From: Craspedostauros australis
Lineage: Eukaryota
Direction: 5' to 3'
DNA length: 64,000 nt
Assembly: GCA_030167865.1 (NCBI GenBank)
Contig: JALAGF010006669.1
Span: forward strand, 1 to 64,000
Shown here: piece after piece, positions 23,501 through 36,245 of the stretch
How the letters are laid out: every line of letters begins with the position of its first letter
How positions within the stretch are numbered: position 1 is the first letter of the stretch
The notes under the pieces: generated by a model
What the model was told of the DNA's origin: nothing
Database searches by the model: none
The model's input: the letters and a program-made list of their open reading frames with translations, nothing else
Position numbers and translations under genes: made by a program

Positions 23501-25372
23501 TCATTGGAACACACCACCGCCGCCGCTGCCAGTGTTGTCCTTGTCCCCGTCGCTCAACAGCTTGTCGAATGCATCCAGATCGGTCTGATCACGCTGGGCC
23601 TTCAATTGCTCGGTGCTCTGCTTCGTGTCGTACACAACATCGTCGGCTTGCAGCTGCTTTCGGCGCGTCCCAAACGTGGCCGCCGCCTTCAATTTGCGTC
23701 CGACGCTGCCGCCGCGAGCCACCAACCGCTCGCGCCATCGACGTCGGTTGGAGTTGCGTTCGGCGATTTCCTTGTTGCGAGCGCCGATCCAGAATCTGCG
23801 CGCCAACGGAACGACGTTGAAGAGGATGGCGTATCCCAAAAGGAGCGGGTACCCGGCCTGGACGACTCCAAAGTACGAGGGCAATTGCACGCCGTACAGC
23901 GCGTACTGGCTGAGGAGGTTGCCGAGATACAAGGCGCCACCCAGGTTGACAACGCCGAGACCAGCGGCGAAGAATCGGTACCCATCGGGAGCGAGGCTGA
24001 ACTTGTACTCGCGCTCTTGCAGCAGCGATGGGTCGTCCATCAAGGCTTCCTGCTCGAGCTCGAACTTCTCTTCCCGCGTCATCGGTGGCAACACGTCCTT
24101 CATCGTTGAGATGAGATCCTTGCGTTCCAGAAGTCCGCGTGTGCTGATGCCGTTGTAATTGAGCAGCTGCTTGATCTCCTTCGTCGAAGCATCGGCGGGC
24201 AAACCGGCACGCTTGAGGGTCATGGTGTCTTCGGTGGCGGACGGCAGGACGTTGGTGGAGGAGGCGGAGACTTGCAGGTCGGGGAAGACGTAGACGATGT
24301 CACCATCCTCTGTGACTTGCGGTTCTCCATCCAGCTTGGCGACGATCGGCAGGACGAAAGATTCATCGACGTAGCCTGTGGCTTCGTCCTTCGGGGCTGG
24401 CGTGTCGAGGTAGGGAGCAAGCTGCTCGGCAGTGACTGCACCGTCGTTGCTGCGGATCATCTGGGCTGCCAGACTGACCCTTCTCTCCTCCAGGCCGCCG
24501 TTGGGATCGCCATCTCCGAAGATGTAGCTGAAGACCGACTCGAGGAATCCCATCTCATCTGGATCGCGCCGGTCCGGGCCTTCGTTGTAGTAGCCGTAGT
24601 ATCCGTAGGGTCGGTAGTAGAAGAAATCGAAGGGGGAGGGACCCCACACATTCATGCCTCCGAAGGAGGGACTGAAGGAACCGTCCCCGCCACGGTTGTC
24701 GCTGCCGCGATCGTCCCGGTCATCGCTGGAGGACGATGACTGAATGAAGAAGATCGTCGTGAAGATGAGGACGATGGAGGCCACCAGAGCGATGCCGAAT
24801 GAAATGCGGATGAGCCAAAACAAGGTGGGCCAGATCTTCTCCAATGTTTGCTGGGCCTTGTACTTGGCGCTGTTGGAGCTGAGGACGCCGTTGAGGTTGG
24901 GCGGGAAGTCGTAGATGAGCTCGCCGTCGTTGGACACGGAGATGTCACCCATCGAGAGCGAGGCCAGGGCTGTGAGGTCCTTGCGGGCCTGCGAGATGCT
25001 GACGCCGGCACGCGTGGCGATATCGGAGGCGACGATCTTTTGGCCGCTGGCAGCTGTGACGGCATCGACAACCGCCTTCGACGGGAGCTTCTCCATCAAC
25101 GAATCGTAGGAGATGGCTCTCAGGCGCATGCGGTTCTGGCTGTGCCCTTGGCTTCGTGAGATGTGCTGCAGTGTGCGGAGCGTATGCGCGGGTTTGCTCT
25201 GAGCGATGGCGCCGAACGCAGATGGCGCTTGTTGCTGCTGGACGTGTCTGTTTGTCAGGCCATTCCCATGGTTGGAAGGCACGGTGAAGGCACCTGCCAT
25301 CGAGCATTGGAGTGCAACGACGAAGGCAAGGACGATCGTCGTCAGCCTCATGCTATCGCTGGGTGATCGCAT
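23501..25372 (-). CDS. Plastid-targeted membrane protein, homologue of the conserved cyanobacterial/plant At5g03900-type family
   Basis: Signal peptide ending AGA-FTVP. Segments D.A.RAG..I..A...L..LA....G...VS..GE..Y.FP, FLESVFSY.FGDGDPN, GAVTAEQLAPYLD and GDIVYVFP.LQ are recalled from this family. ATG 25351 is an alternative start. Confidence 0.8.
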   Translation of the reverse strand: MRSPSDSMRLTTIVLAFVVALQCSMAGAFTVPSNHGNGLTNRHVQQQQAPSAFGAIAQSKPAHTLRTLQHISRSQGHSQNRMRLRAISYDSLMEKLPSKAVVDAVTAASGQKIVASDIATRAGVSISQARKDLTALASLSMGDISVSNDGELIYDFPPNLNGVLSSNSAKYKAQQTLEKIWPTLFWLIRISFGIALVASIVLIFTTIFFIQSSSSSDDRDDRGSDNRGGDGSFSPSFGGMNVWGPSPFDFFYYRPYGYYGYYNEGPDRRDPDEMGFLESVFSYIFGDGDPNGGLEERRVSLAAQMIRSNDGAVTAEQLAPYLDTPAPKDEATGYVDESFVLPIVAKLDGEPQVTEDGDIVYVFPDLQVSASSTNVLPSATEDTMTLKRAGLPADASTKEIKQLLNYNGISTRGLLERKDLISTMKDVLPPMTREEKFELEQEALMDDPSLLQEREYKFSLAPDGYRFFAAGLGVVNLGGALYLGNLLSQYALYGVQLPSYFGVVQAGYPLLLGYAILFNVVPLARRFWIGARNKEIAERNSNRRRWRERLVARGGSVGRKLKAAATFGTRRKQLQADDVVYDTKQSTEQLKAQRDQTDLDAFDKLLSDGDKDNTGSGGGGVFQ

Positions 25373-26117
25373 GGTCAACTTTGCGTCTGTGCTGTTGGCG
25401 ACAAGTATTGATATGATTGAGGTTGTAGTCGTCGTTGTCGTTGTAGTTGTAGTCGTGCTTGGATGCGGGCCAACCGTCCGAAGTCAATCGATGGATGGGT
25501 CGATGGATGGCAATGCTGTACTCCTGCTTGATGAGCCAGAGTGAGAGTGGGAGTATGGGTGGGAGTGTGAGATGATCAGATTGTGGATCCTGTGGTCCGA
25601 ATAACTTGTACCATGTCTTGCAGCGGTGCGTGTTTGCCGTTTTGGCCGACCGCCAACGTTCGCGATCCAAACCGACGAATCGTCACCATTGTCGTGTGCT
25701 GACGCCTTCACTCGTGCTTTCGACACGTGACAGAAACATCCTTCGTGCTCATGGATGAGTTCAACTGGCGATTCAATCGACTACTCATGGATCGTGAATC
25801 AACAAGCGTATCCACGATTGATGTGGGTCAGTCACACAAATCACAAACCGCCACTTTTCATCCAACGAAGGGTCATTCTCATCTCACATCCTCTGCGCGA
25901 AAGAAGAACACAAGCAAGTGGATCCAGATCCAGAGGCTTCACCTGTCACCAAGAGAGAGAGAGAGGACGAAGCACCTCAACAGTAACAACAACAACAACA
26001 GCGCAAGAGCCGGCCAACCAACCAACCAGCCATCCGTCCATTCACGTCCACATCCATCCGTGCTCATCACACTCGTACACTGCTCAGTCTCTTGAGTTCG
26101 ACACTCCGTCTTCCATC

Positions 26118-26648
26118 ATGCAGCTCCCAAAGTCCATCACTCTCCCAGCCGTTCTTCTCCTCCTCTCGATTTTATGCGATGAGGTGAACGCCCAGAGCTT
26201 CTGCAACGGTCTCTGCATCGTCAACATCAACGGGGTCAGCTGCGGCAACATGCTCCTCAACTACGACTTCGAAGGAGAGTGCTGCGCGATGGAGGAGGTC
26301 ACCGCCACCGGCGGCTGTCGCATCCGCACCAACAACAAGTGCTCCTGGACGCCCAAGTGCGGAACTTGCGACGCAAGCTTGAAGAACAAGGTCTTTTGCA
26401 ACACCCTCTACCAGGCTGGATCCACAGTGGACTGTCCCGCAACCGACATCAACGCGTTGGATGGATTGACGAGGGCGCCGACGGACAGCAACAGCACCCA
26501 GCCAACCATGATGCCGACGGCGTGTCCCGAACCGCCTACAAACGCCCCCACTGCATCGCCCACCAGCGCGGCAATGACAAGTGGTGTGGAGGTGACGATG
26601 ATGGCCGTCCTGTCCGCGGCGACCGCCCTTGCGCTGTCTGCCAACTAA
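26118..26648 (+). CDS. Secreted cysteine-rich protein with a P/T-rich stalk and a probable GPI-anchor signal, 176 aa
   Basis: Signal peptide (MQLPKSITLPAVLLLLSILCDEVNA-Q), 12 Cys in the mature part, an APT/PT-rich linker and a C-terminal SAA..hydrophobic tail. Confidence 0.8.
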   Translation: MQLPKSITLPAVLLLLSILCDEVNAQSFCNGLCIVNINGVSCGNMLLNYDFEGECCAMEEVTATGGCRIRTNNKCSWTPKCGTCDASLKNKVFCNTLYQAGSTVDCPATDINALDGLTRAPTDSNSTQPTMMPTACPEPPTNAPTASPTSAAMTSGVEVTMMAVLSAATALALSAN

Positions 26649-26651
26649 AGG

Positions 26652-26654
<3 letters not shown>

Positions 26655-26681
<27 letters not shown>
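26655..26681. repeat. (GA)n microsatellite in a 3' UTR
   Basis: Pure AG dinucleotide run just after the stop codon at 26648. Confidence 0.9.
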
Positions 26682-26685
<4 letters not shown>

Positions 26686-29600
26686 GGGTGAGGGTGAGAC
26701 GCCAAGCAGGTCGTGCTCGTTCGATGATATTGTGAGCAAATGGGCAAACGGGGCACTCTTGGATCCATGTCAGTGCAAGCAGATGTCAATACCAGCAGTG
26801 GAGAGGAAGAAGAGGAGCAGAATGGCTTTTTTGATTTCCGGCCTGGACTGTGCGGCCTGGGCCATGCGCGCCGTGAGCGGCCATGCCTCACTGACGACGC
26901 GGCTTCGGCCATTGTGTGCCTAAGATGGCGTCGGAAAAGAAGCTTTCGAGCACACATCATGTGCGGAATAGAGAAACACAGAATGCTACTGGACTTGCGA
27001 CCTGTCCGACAAGTAGTTTGGGGGACAGAGCTTGCGCATCTTGTCTTCTCTTGCTGCCTGGGCAGACGCACGCAATGTACGGTAGAACGGAATGGGTACA
27101 CAGGTCAAACAACTCAACTGTGGAACAAAAAGTGTGGGAGTGGTGTGATAGGGCGCAAGCGGCTCTCCGTGGGTGCGACAGCGTTGAAGGGGCGCAAGCG
27201 AGGAGGATTTCGATGCGCGGTGATGCCAACGGAATGGTGGGAGGTGAAGATCGCAAAGTCGGCGACACGAAAGCAGATCTTCAGTCTCTCTTCGCAGATC
27301 AAAGTGCAAATAGCATTCGTAGTACATGTGTATGGTGGATTACATAACAATGCTTCGCTTGTTGGAAAGCGTGGCATGTGTGGCGCAGAATTGCAGAATA
27401 CCAGGGAATGCCAAATTCACTCCATCATACGATCACCACACGCAGCATTTCAGGCACACAGCTCAAGCAGGAGCGCGATGAAAAGCCGAGCGGCACACGG
27501 ATCTTTGGTAGAAGAGCAACTTCTGTTTGTTGTCCTTGCATCCGATCGCTTCTGTGCGCAGCTCATGGATGCTGTGTCGGTAATGCAAATGCGAATGCGG
27601 CTCGTCTTTGGGTATGAAAACGAGCGCTGACGTGGATCTTGATGCAACTCGAACACTTCCATCGCCAACCTTCTGCCGCCTCCTCAACACTGCCCAAGAA
27701 GAGCGACCTTTGCCAACCTTCGCCTGACCCTTGGCAGAGACAACCGCCAAACTCAAGTCTCCCAGTCGTTTCGTGTGTTCGCGCCTTTTTGGGCCCGACC
27801 AATCCTCCACTCAGGCACGTGTGTCATACCAAAGAATGGCTCGCTCCAGCTCTTTGTGTCATGGTGTTGCCGCAAAGACAACGAGGTGGGTTGACCTAGT
27901 CGCCATGTTCTCTGTCTCTCTGCAGGGTGCCATTATTCGGAAGTTCAGTGTTGGTAGAGAGTGCAGCTGAGTCAGAGTACACATATTGGTATCTGGAGGT
28001 ACAAGCAGCTGTCGCGTAGGTTCGTGATCTTTGAGCGCAGTGCCGTCCTTTCGCTCTGTACTCCATCACTCCACCAGTCCCCTTTGTTGCTACCCAAGGC
28101 CCGTCAAAGCTGAGTGCGAGACATCTGTTGCGTTTGTCTCTGCTTGTCGTTCTGCCTTGTTCACTTCCACAAACATCGCCTGGACAGCGTCGCAAAGTGC
28201 CTTTGTGCCTGAGGAAGTCGTACTTGTGGTCTGAGGGTGCTGTGATAATACGTAGTATGACAGGATGCATCGCCGTCGAGATGAGTCACATGTCTGGGAG
28301 AATGGAGAACTCTCGGAATGGGCAACCAGATCGCACGATTGGGACAAGATGCAATGCGAGCCCCTGACGATACCGACTTGGTGGTTCCCTGTGACGATCT
28401 TCAAAGAAGGCGCCAAGGGCACAAGCTGCTGTGCTGCTGAGCAAACAGGGACAAATGCGCAGCTCTTCAGATCTTGGGGCTCCTTCCTCCTTTTGGAGTA
28501 GTGAATGGTGCTCCAAGCTGAATGTCCTGCAGAAAGAAAGGCCTGGTTTGACGCTCCGACATAGGCGAAAAGGACCCATCCCGACACGAGGCAATGCTCC
28601 TGTTTCGTCCGATGTGGACGAAAGCGTTCTTCCATGTGCATGGCAGAGAGGACAAGATGGAAGAACTTGAGAGCACAGTACGGATGATGGTGTGGTGTCG
28701 TAACGTTACGAGCTTTTGGACCATGCACCTCAGGAGGGCGGTCAACTTCAGTCCTTGGAGAAGACTATACACTCTCCCAGAGTACCCGTGTCCGTATTGA
28801 TGGATGGGCACTTCGGTCCTGGTGCGTGAGGGTGTACTTGTGGACTGGAGAGGAACAATAGAGTACCTCGTATGGTAGCCGCACGCTGCAGATGTTCCAC
28901 TTGATTAGGAGTCTCACAAATTGAAGCTCACGTTGCAATGCCATACACAGTACGAGCATGAGCAGTTGTTCGCTGCCACTAAATCGGCAAAGCATGGTCG
29001 CCTCTCAAGACAAGAGACTCCAAACAGCACCGCATGGAGAAGTGGAGGAAGGACAATACGAGCAAGAATGATGAATGTCGGATTGGGTCTGGAGTGTCAT
29101 CGCAAGTGCAGGGCCGTGACAACCAAACCACGGGGAGGTACAGGCGGAGGGCAACGTAGCAAGCGTGGCTCTCGGTTCAATCATCCTCTTCCCTCACTCG
29201 ATGCAGACATGAGCAGTTGGTGATTTGGTCTGACCTGCATGCTCAACTCGTGGAGTACGGCCTACTCTCGCGATCAAAGAGATGAGACTTTCGCAGCCGA
29301 TGGCACACGAGTTGGTGACGAGACGGGGGAGCCGGCACCGGCATGGGTGCGACGCAGTTCTCCTGGTCGTGCGCTGTGACTTCATCCCATTTCGTCGTCC
29401 CGGTGCGATGTCCCTGTCTTTGCTCTCTGACATTTCCTATCCAATTGCAACGTTGTTCTGCGTCCGGGTCGGTGCGGTGCCAGTGAGCGATCACCCTCTT
29501 CTACGTCCCCCACGGTGGAGCAAGGTGGAATTGGCGCAAAGGTGCCCATGGTGAAACACAAAGACGATGTGCGGGCACGAGTGATGTACGACTGCGAGCC

Positions 29601-32600
29601 GGTGGCGGTCATCAGGAGGGCTTTGCCATTCTGCCATCCTCGGGACGTGCACACCGCCTGGTGGTTCATTGCGTCGTGCAGTGATCGCGCGACCATCGTT
29701 CTTGCCACATGATCATCTCGAGAGATGACTTGCGTGGCCTTTTGTTCGGACTATCCATGCGTCTTGACATCATCGATGCCCTCTGCCTTCGGTGCCGTCG
29801 CCAGCGCCATTGTCATCACGGGCCATACCCATTGTTGTCATCAACAACTCCAAACATGCATGATCGCCTTGGCATCGTGGTGACGCACATGGTCGTGATC
29901 CCGCTCCTGCTGGTAGTCTTGCTGATCCCACCCGCAACCTCGCACGTCGCTTGTTTCGGTTTCATTCCTGTCACTGGTGCTGGTGCTGGTGCTGCTGCGG
30001 TTTGTACTCTCTCTCTCTTACAGCTCTACGCGGTAGGTGGTGATCGCAGTGATGTTGTCAAGATGGCCGTGATGGCGCGCGGAGGCGGAAACAGTGCCAG
30101 TTTGCCAGAGATGGTCGATGGCGTCACTCACCTTTCCTACCGCCAAAGCCGTTCGCATCACAGAGCAAAAGGATTGATGGAAGTGTGCCGCTGTGCCACT
30201 CATCGATGATGCTGAGATGACAATGATACAGAATGGCAGATGCATGGTGTCATCGACCTGTGATGGGTTCGTCGTCGTACAGTTCTTGCCCCTTGGTGTC
30301 GGCTGCGGGGTTGGAGCCGCCAGAGAGAAGGGACATCGTCGGCTTTGTTTGCCGAGAGTGAAGTCACAAGAACGCCCAACGAAACAAAACCGAGAATAGG
30401 GCCCAAAGGCGGAACCGACGAGACCAAAGAAACCAAAGAAACCGGGAAAGGTTCTGCTCTCGCGATGTGATACCATCCGCTGTCCCGCCCTGATGTGAGA
30501 CGAACCGCGAGACTAAATGAAAGCAGACGAGAAAAAGAATCTGGGCATCATTGACACGAGCGTGATACACCTTCAGTTCTGTCTCTGGTGTCTCCGCTGT
30601 TCCTTCGCTGCGAAGTGGTCGTGCTTGTACTCCCGTCCTCGATGCCTCGGAGATAATCCATAGCTCGGACGAGTACGAGTTATTGGGACACAAGCCCCTC
30701 AAGGTGCGCACGGAAAAGTGGGCGCCAGTGGTGCACAATTGGCACAGAGCGCTCGCGACAGACACTCTCGCCTGGAGTGGAACAGGGCATCGTGTTACTG
30801 CTGTGTGGCGTACTCTTGTACTCTCGTGGGTCGTGCTTCATGTCTGGCAGCTGCGATGGAAGCGTGCGTAACCGGTGACGCCAAGGACGCGCCAAAGTCA
30901 GAGACAACCTCGATCTTCCACGGCTGGGGCAGTTGTGAACGCACAAGAGGTAGAGCGGCGGCCCAACGTGATTTGTCCCACACAACAGGAACTGTTTCGT
31001 GATGGTCTCCTTTGTGGTAGGAGGATGCACCTCCTGTTCGTATTCTGCGCCCGAATGCGGTCTGCGCATCGTCGCCACCCACAGCGCTGCAGGTGGAGGT
31101 AGTGGTGACAGAAGGCGTGGCTGTGTTCCGGCGTGAACGAAGCGACAGACGTGTCAAGATAAAAGCAAAACACCGGAATGACATGCGGACCAACCCGCAC
31201 CAAAGCGGGCGCGGCAGAGCTATTTCCATCTCGAGAGCCAGTTGTTGGGAGAGTGTGTCGTACAGACGACAGAGGATACGTGCATTGTTTGTTTGTCATC
31301 GCCGCTGGTGTTGCTTCTTGCGACGCGCTGTTCGAGCCGATGTCGTTCGTGTGTGCACAAAGAGTACTCGTATGTAAGCGCAGAACAATGCCGCGCTTCC
31401 CCTTGCCAGCAATCGAACGACCGGGAACGATTGTGAGATATAGCGCAGCAGTTGCCGCCACCATGGAGGAGATTGGACAAGCGCCATTCCGAGGTGCAAA
31501 TCCACCTCTTCGCAGCGGTTGCTACCTCGTACTCATGCACGTGCGAGAGACGAAGGTTGTGAAACACGTGTGCCGCATCAACAGCATGTGACGGAAATGC
31601 CACTTGAGGAGACAAACACACTCGTCGGAGAACAAGGTGATCGTTTCTGTGTGCGGGGAAGAACATGTACTCAAACAGCCCAGGAGAGAAAGAGAGAAAG
31701 AGAGTCGAGTATGAGAGTATGGCAAGAGCTGACACCCGAGAAGCCTTCTCTCCTGGCGAAAGGTCACCACTAACGAGGGACACGTGAGGTGGGGAAGGTG
31801 TCAGCAATGGTGTCCATGCAGGTGACGAGGATGTGAACAGAATGTCGTTCTTTCCATCAAAGGTTAATCATGTTTTGCCCCAGTTGCTCGCACCACCAGC
31901 GCTTCTTCTCAGCCATGCGAGCAACATTGGTCGGAGCAGCTCGTACTCGTCGGTCGTACCAGCCCCCCTGCGAGCAAGTTCTTCATTCTCGGTCATGGTC
32001 GCTCTGCTCCGAGCCTGTACCCAAGGACGAGTGTTCGTGCTCATGCGCACGTCACCATCCTGCCGGATCATGTGAAGTTCTTTTGCTGTGTTCTGTGGAT
32101 GTATACCACTATTCTTCCGCTTCTTGCGTTCCATCAGTCATGCACCACACCGAGCGACGACAGCTGGTCGTCTCCCAAGTCACCAGCTCACCGGTGAAGG
32201 CTGCTCTCTCTCTACCTACCTAAAATGTAGAGGCCTCCTGGGCCCTATCCACCTCACCAGAAGCGCGCCTGGGCTTGTCATCCTCATCCAAATGTTTGAA
32301 GTTCGTGTTTCATTTCCATGTACCCGCCAACGGCGAGAGTATCAACAAGTACATAGCACAGCATCGCACACTAAAGGTGCACCCCTCACACCTCGCAAAC
32401 ACGCAATTTTCAATCGTTGCCGTCGCCATTGCCAAAACCGAAAATCACGCTCGAGGTACCGACAACCAAGCCGCGAAAGTTGTGACCAGCTGCCTCATTT
32501 ACCTCTGCTTCCACCTTTGAACACGAGTTGTACTTGCACTCGCACCCCCACTCGCACTCGCGTGACAGCGACATTCTGTTCGTTGCATCAGCACTATGTC

Positions 32601-33945
32601 CATTGCTAACCTCACGCGTTCTCGTGTGGTTAAACTACTCGTCATGACAGTGCCCCGAAGAGTGTCAATTGGGATCATCACGCTCGTGGAATAAGGTACC
32701 GGAGTCAAGAAACAGGAACAGAGCCCTAAATCGGTGACATGGCAGCCGGCAACTTCAGGTTGCATTTGCGTCCCTGCGACGCGCAGATCCGTTTGCGCGA
32801 GTGGGCATGGAATCCCGTGTTGGCGGCAAAGCATGGCTCACGCTGAAACCAGGGATTTCACAGCTGTTGGCTGTGATACGCGCGACTATTTACGCGCAGG
32901 AGGAACACAGCGTGTCGAGCGGAGTCAGACACACGGCAGCGTGACACGTCGCAAAAGTGTTCTGTTTTCCATCCCATCACGTAGAGCGCGGTATCTAAGT
33001 CACGCCATCCTCTGAGCACGATGCTCTTGTCAAGTCCACTTAAGGTATAGTTCGCCACTATGCCCGCTGGTCTCATTGATAGAATGTACTCCGGTTCTCG
33101 CGAGCGACAGAAACTATGGAGATCTGATCTTGTTGACGTTTTCGAAGAAATTGAGTATTCATCCGATGGCCTTCGTTGACCTTCGTTTGCCGCATCGACG
33201 TTGAGGTGCCAGCAGCTGCTCCGCCGTAGCTTTGTACTGCGTGACTACGACACTCCAAACGCGAGGCCTTCAATCTCGTTTTACGCGATTCGTCATTCTC
33301 CTTTTTCCCGAACGGGCAAACAAAGCAGAGCGCTTGGTGCTTTGTTGGTGTCGTTGCCGCATGTGTTGCCAGGCGAACACTCTGCTTCGATTCTCGCGTT
33401 GTCCTTGTTCTGGCCGGGAGTGACGGCGCCAACTGTTCCTGCGAGAGGTGTCCACAGCCCTTTTCCTCTGCTTCGTCTTCCACCTTTTCGTCGTAGAACA
33501 TGGTAGGACTTCCACACAACCAAAACGATCTTTCCCGACCCGGAAGGCGAGAGGCAGAAGAACCAGCCAAACAAGAAAAACGCAGCGAAAAACGCCCACG
33601 AAAATAAAATCAATTTGTCAACCCTGACCATGGTTTGTGCACAACGCCCAAGAGGACACCAACATTGCCCAAAGACCACCACCCTTTGATCATAAAAAAC
33701 AGAAGTCGATCAAACGACAACGACACCCAACAAACAAGCAACCAGAGAACAAGAGAAGGAAAGACGAAGAGAAGATTGCCCCATACAAATCCCTCTCACC
33801 CAGTCCTCACACTTGAACCAACCTCCCACCACACCCACCATCACCTCAACCATCAACAGCAGGAAAGCAAACCGTTGTCCACATCCCTCCGTCCAACTCA
33901 CCCCCAACAATACACAACACACGTTATTCCATACATCCACACGAC

Positions 33946-35511
33946 ATGAGCTACAGCATGAACCCCAACGCCTCCTTCGAAGCCATGATGCACCAGGCAA
34001 GACTTCGCGCAGCAGGCGCTGATGTTGCGATGAAGGCCGAATCGCCCACTGGACCCGTCCCTCTGGTGGCGAACTCCGACCTGCCCTCGACTCCCGCCGA
34101 CGATGATGCCGCCGCCCTCGCCGCTGCTGGAGCCGCAGCCACCAAGAAGGGCCTCGAGTGGACCGGCATCGCCGGAGCACCAGCCGTCGGAAGCGATTCC
34201 TTGCTGGGCATGGCGGCATCTCTCTTCGGAGTCGACCACGCCGCCCTGCCTCCCTCCGCCGCAGCACGTCCCATGATGATGCCCGACCCACAGACCGCCA
34301 TGCTCACACCGCAGCAGCAGCTCGCAAGATCTGTGGACATCACCTCGCAGGTCCTCTCCGAGCTGCCACCCGACATGTTCGACGAAGCCTTCGGCAACGA
34401 CCTCTTCGAACAGAGCGAGCTCGAGCCACTCCCGCTTGACCCACGAAGGATGAACGTCATCCAGAGCTCTCGCGACATGATGCAGCGCCAGAACCACCAG
34501 TCGAGCCTGGCCGTCCTGGAGGAGACCCTCAACGTCCTCAACCAGGACATGGAGCTCGACATGTTCCACCAAGCACAAGGCTTCGCCGCCCGCCAGCACG
34601 CCGCGGCCGCTGCCGCCGCACAGGCTGCCGCCATGAACATGAACGTCAACGCCGGTGCTGCCGATGCCATTGCCATGCCCCACGGCATGGTCGCAGCCGC
34701 CGCGGCTCGGCCATCCAACAAGCGCACAGTCTCTTCGGCTTCGCCCAAGCGTTCGTCCAAGAAGCAGCGCACTAGCAACGGCGCTTCGCCAGCAGGCAAG
34801 AACGCGGCAGTCGGCGAAGCCGAGATAGCAACTACGGCCGAGGATGACCAGCGCCGCTTCCGCCCGTACCAGTCCGAGCAATGGGCTGAGAAGTTCGAGG
34901 AGCTCCTCGCCTTCAAGAAGGAGCGCGGCCACTGCTGCGTCCCACACACCTTCGAGGAGAACCCCGCTCTCGCTCGCTGGGTCAAGCGCCAGCGATACCA
35001 GTACAAGCTCAAGAACGAGTGCAAGCAGTCCACCATGACTGACGACCGCGTCAAGACCCTCGAGAACGTCGGCTTCATCTGGGACTCCCACAGCGCCGCC
35101 TGGTTCGACCGCCTCAATGAGCTCGGCGACTACAAGAAGGGACACGGCAACTGCAACGTGCCTAGCAACTACCCAGCCAACCCACAGCTCGCCACCTGGG
35201 TCAAGTGCCAGCGCCGCCAGTACAAGCTCTTCTGGGACGGCAAGACCTCCAACATGACCCTGGAGCGCATCTCCGAGCTCGAGAAGCTGGGCTTCGAGTG
35301 GGAACTCCGCTCACACAACAAGAACAAGAACAAGGTCGCAGCGGCCCGCCACCAGACCCTCCGCCAACACCAACAGCGCCAGCAGTTGCAGCAACAACAG
35401 CAGCACCATCAGCAGCAGCAGCAACTCCACCAACAGCTCATTCTGCAACACCAGCAGCAGCAGCAGCAGCAAAACCTTCTGCTCCTCGCAAGGCACCAGC
35501 AGAGCCTCTAA
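33946..35511 (+). CDS. Helicase-associated (HA, PF03457-type) tandem-domain protein with poly-Ala and poly-Gln tracts
   Basis: Two copies of W...F.EL..(F/Y)K...GHC.VP..(F/Y)..NP.LA.WVK.QR.QYKL....MT..R...LE..GF.W. Basic NLS-like PKRSSKKQR. C-terminal Q tract. Strong codon bias. Confidence 0.92.
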   Translation: MSYSMNPNASFEAMMHQARLRAAGADVAMKAESPTGPVPLVANSDLPSTPADDDAAALAAAGAAATKKGLEWTGIAGAPAVGSDSLLGMAASLFGVDHAALPPSAAARPMMMPDPQTAMLTPQQQLARSVDITSQVLSELPPDMFDEAFGNDLFEQSELEPLPLDPRRMNVIQSSRDMMQRQNHQSSLAVLEETLNVLNQDMELDMFHQAQGFAARQHAAAAAAAQAAAMNMNVNAGAADAIAMPHGMVAAAAARPSNKRTVSSASPKRSSKKQRTSNGASPAGKNAAVGEAEIATTAEDDQRRFRPYQSEQWAEKFEELLAFKKERGHCCVPHTFEENPALARWVKRQRYQYKLKNECKQSTMTDDRVKTLENVGFIWDSHSAAWFDRLNELGDYKKGHGNCNVPSNYPANPQLATWVKCQRRQYKLFWDGKTSNMTLERISELEKLGFEWELRSHNKNKNKVAAARHQTLRQHQQRQQLQQQQQHHQQQQQLHQQLILQHQQQQQQQNLLLLARHQQSL

Positions 35512-36245
35512 GCACCGTCATGCCCTGAACATGACATGACCCGCAGGGACTCGAGCTGCCTCGCAGCCAAGTTAACAACACGCACACAAATGGCGAAGCC
35601 GAGGCGCCGGCCAGCGGGTCGAACGTTCATGTCGCCTCGACATGATGTGACAGCCAGGAATGAAACCAAGGGACACGCTCAGGATGGGGCGACACGCCCA
35701 CCAACAGGAGCAACAAGAACAACGGCCATACATGCCGCAGCTGCTCGCAATCAATTCAACCAGGAGCAGCAGCCAGCCACGATAACGCACAGCAACGGCG
35801 AACAACAGCAACAACAACACATGCACTGTAGAAATTCATACAATATCAAACTTTTTATTCGTTCATACGCCATGGGATCTATCCCCCATCCAACTGTCAA
35901 ACGTTGAGCATCTTTGTACATGTAACAACACAAATGAAAGCAAGAAACTGTTATAGTACTCGGTATTCCTCGCGCCGTTACAGTTTGCAATCGCACTGTC
36001 GCCGCAAAGATCAAGGCTACATGCGCATTAGCACGCGCATGTGCGTGTAGGTTACCACGATCACATGCCACAGAGCAAGGATGCACACTTTTTCCTGGGG
36101 CAAGTGCACAAGCCCGAGGTACTCGTAGGCATGTACGGTGCACCAAGGTTGCAAGTCACGGCTCGCAGAGGTGCAGTATCAATCCATACCAGTGCTCGAA
36201 CCAACACAATCATGTCTCCAGAGAGGTATCACGATGAGCGCGTCC

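Noticed and set aside
33898..35145. Long antisense ORFs (415 and 388 aa) over the HA gene; similar shadows over DBP4, the PP2C gene and 23501-25372
   Set aside because: Expected from strong GC3 codon bias on the sense strand.
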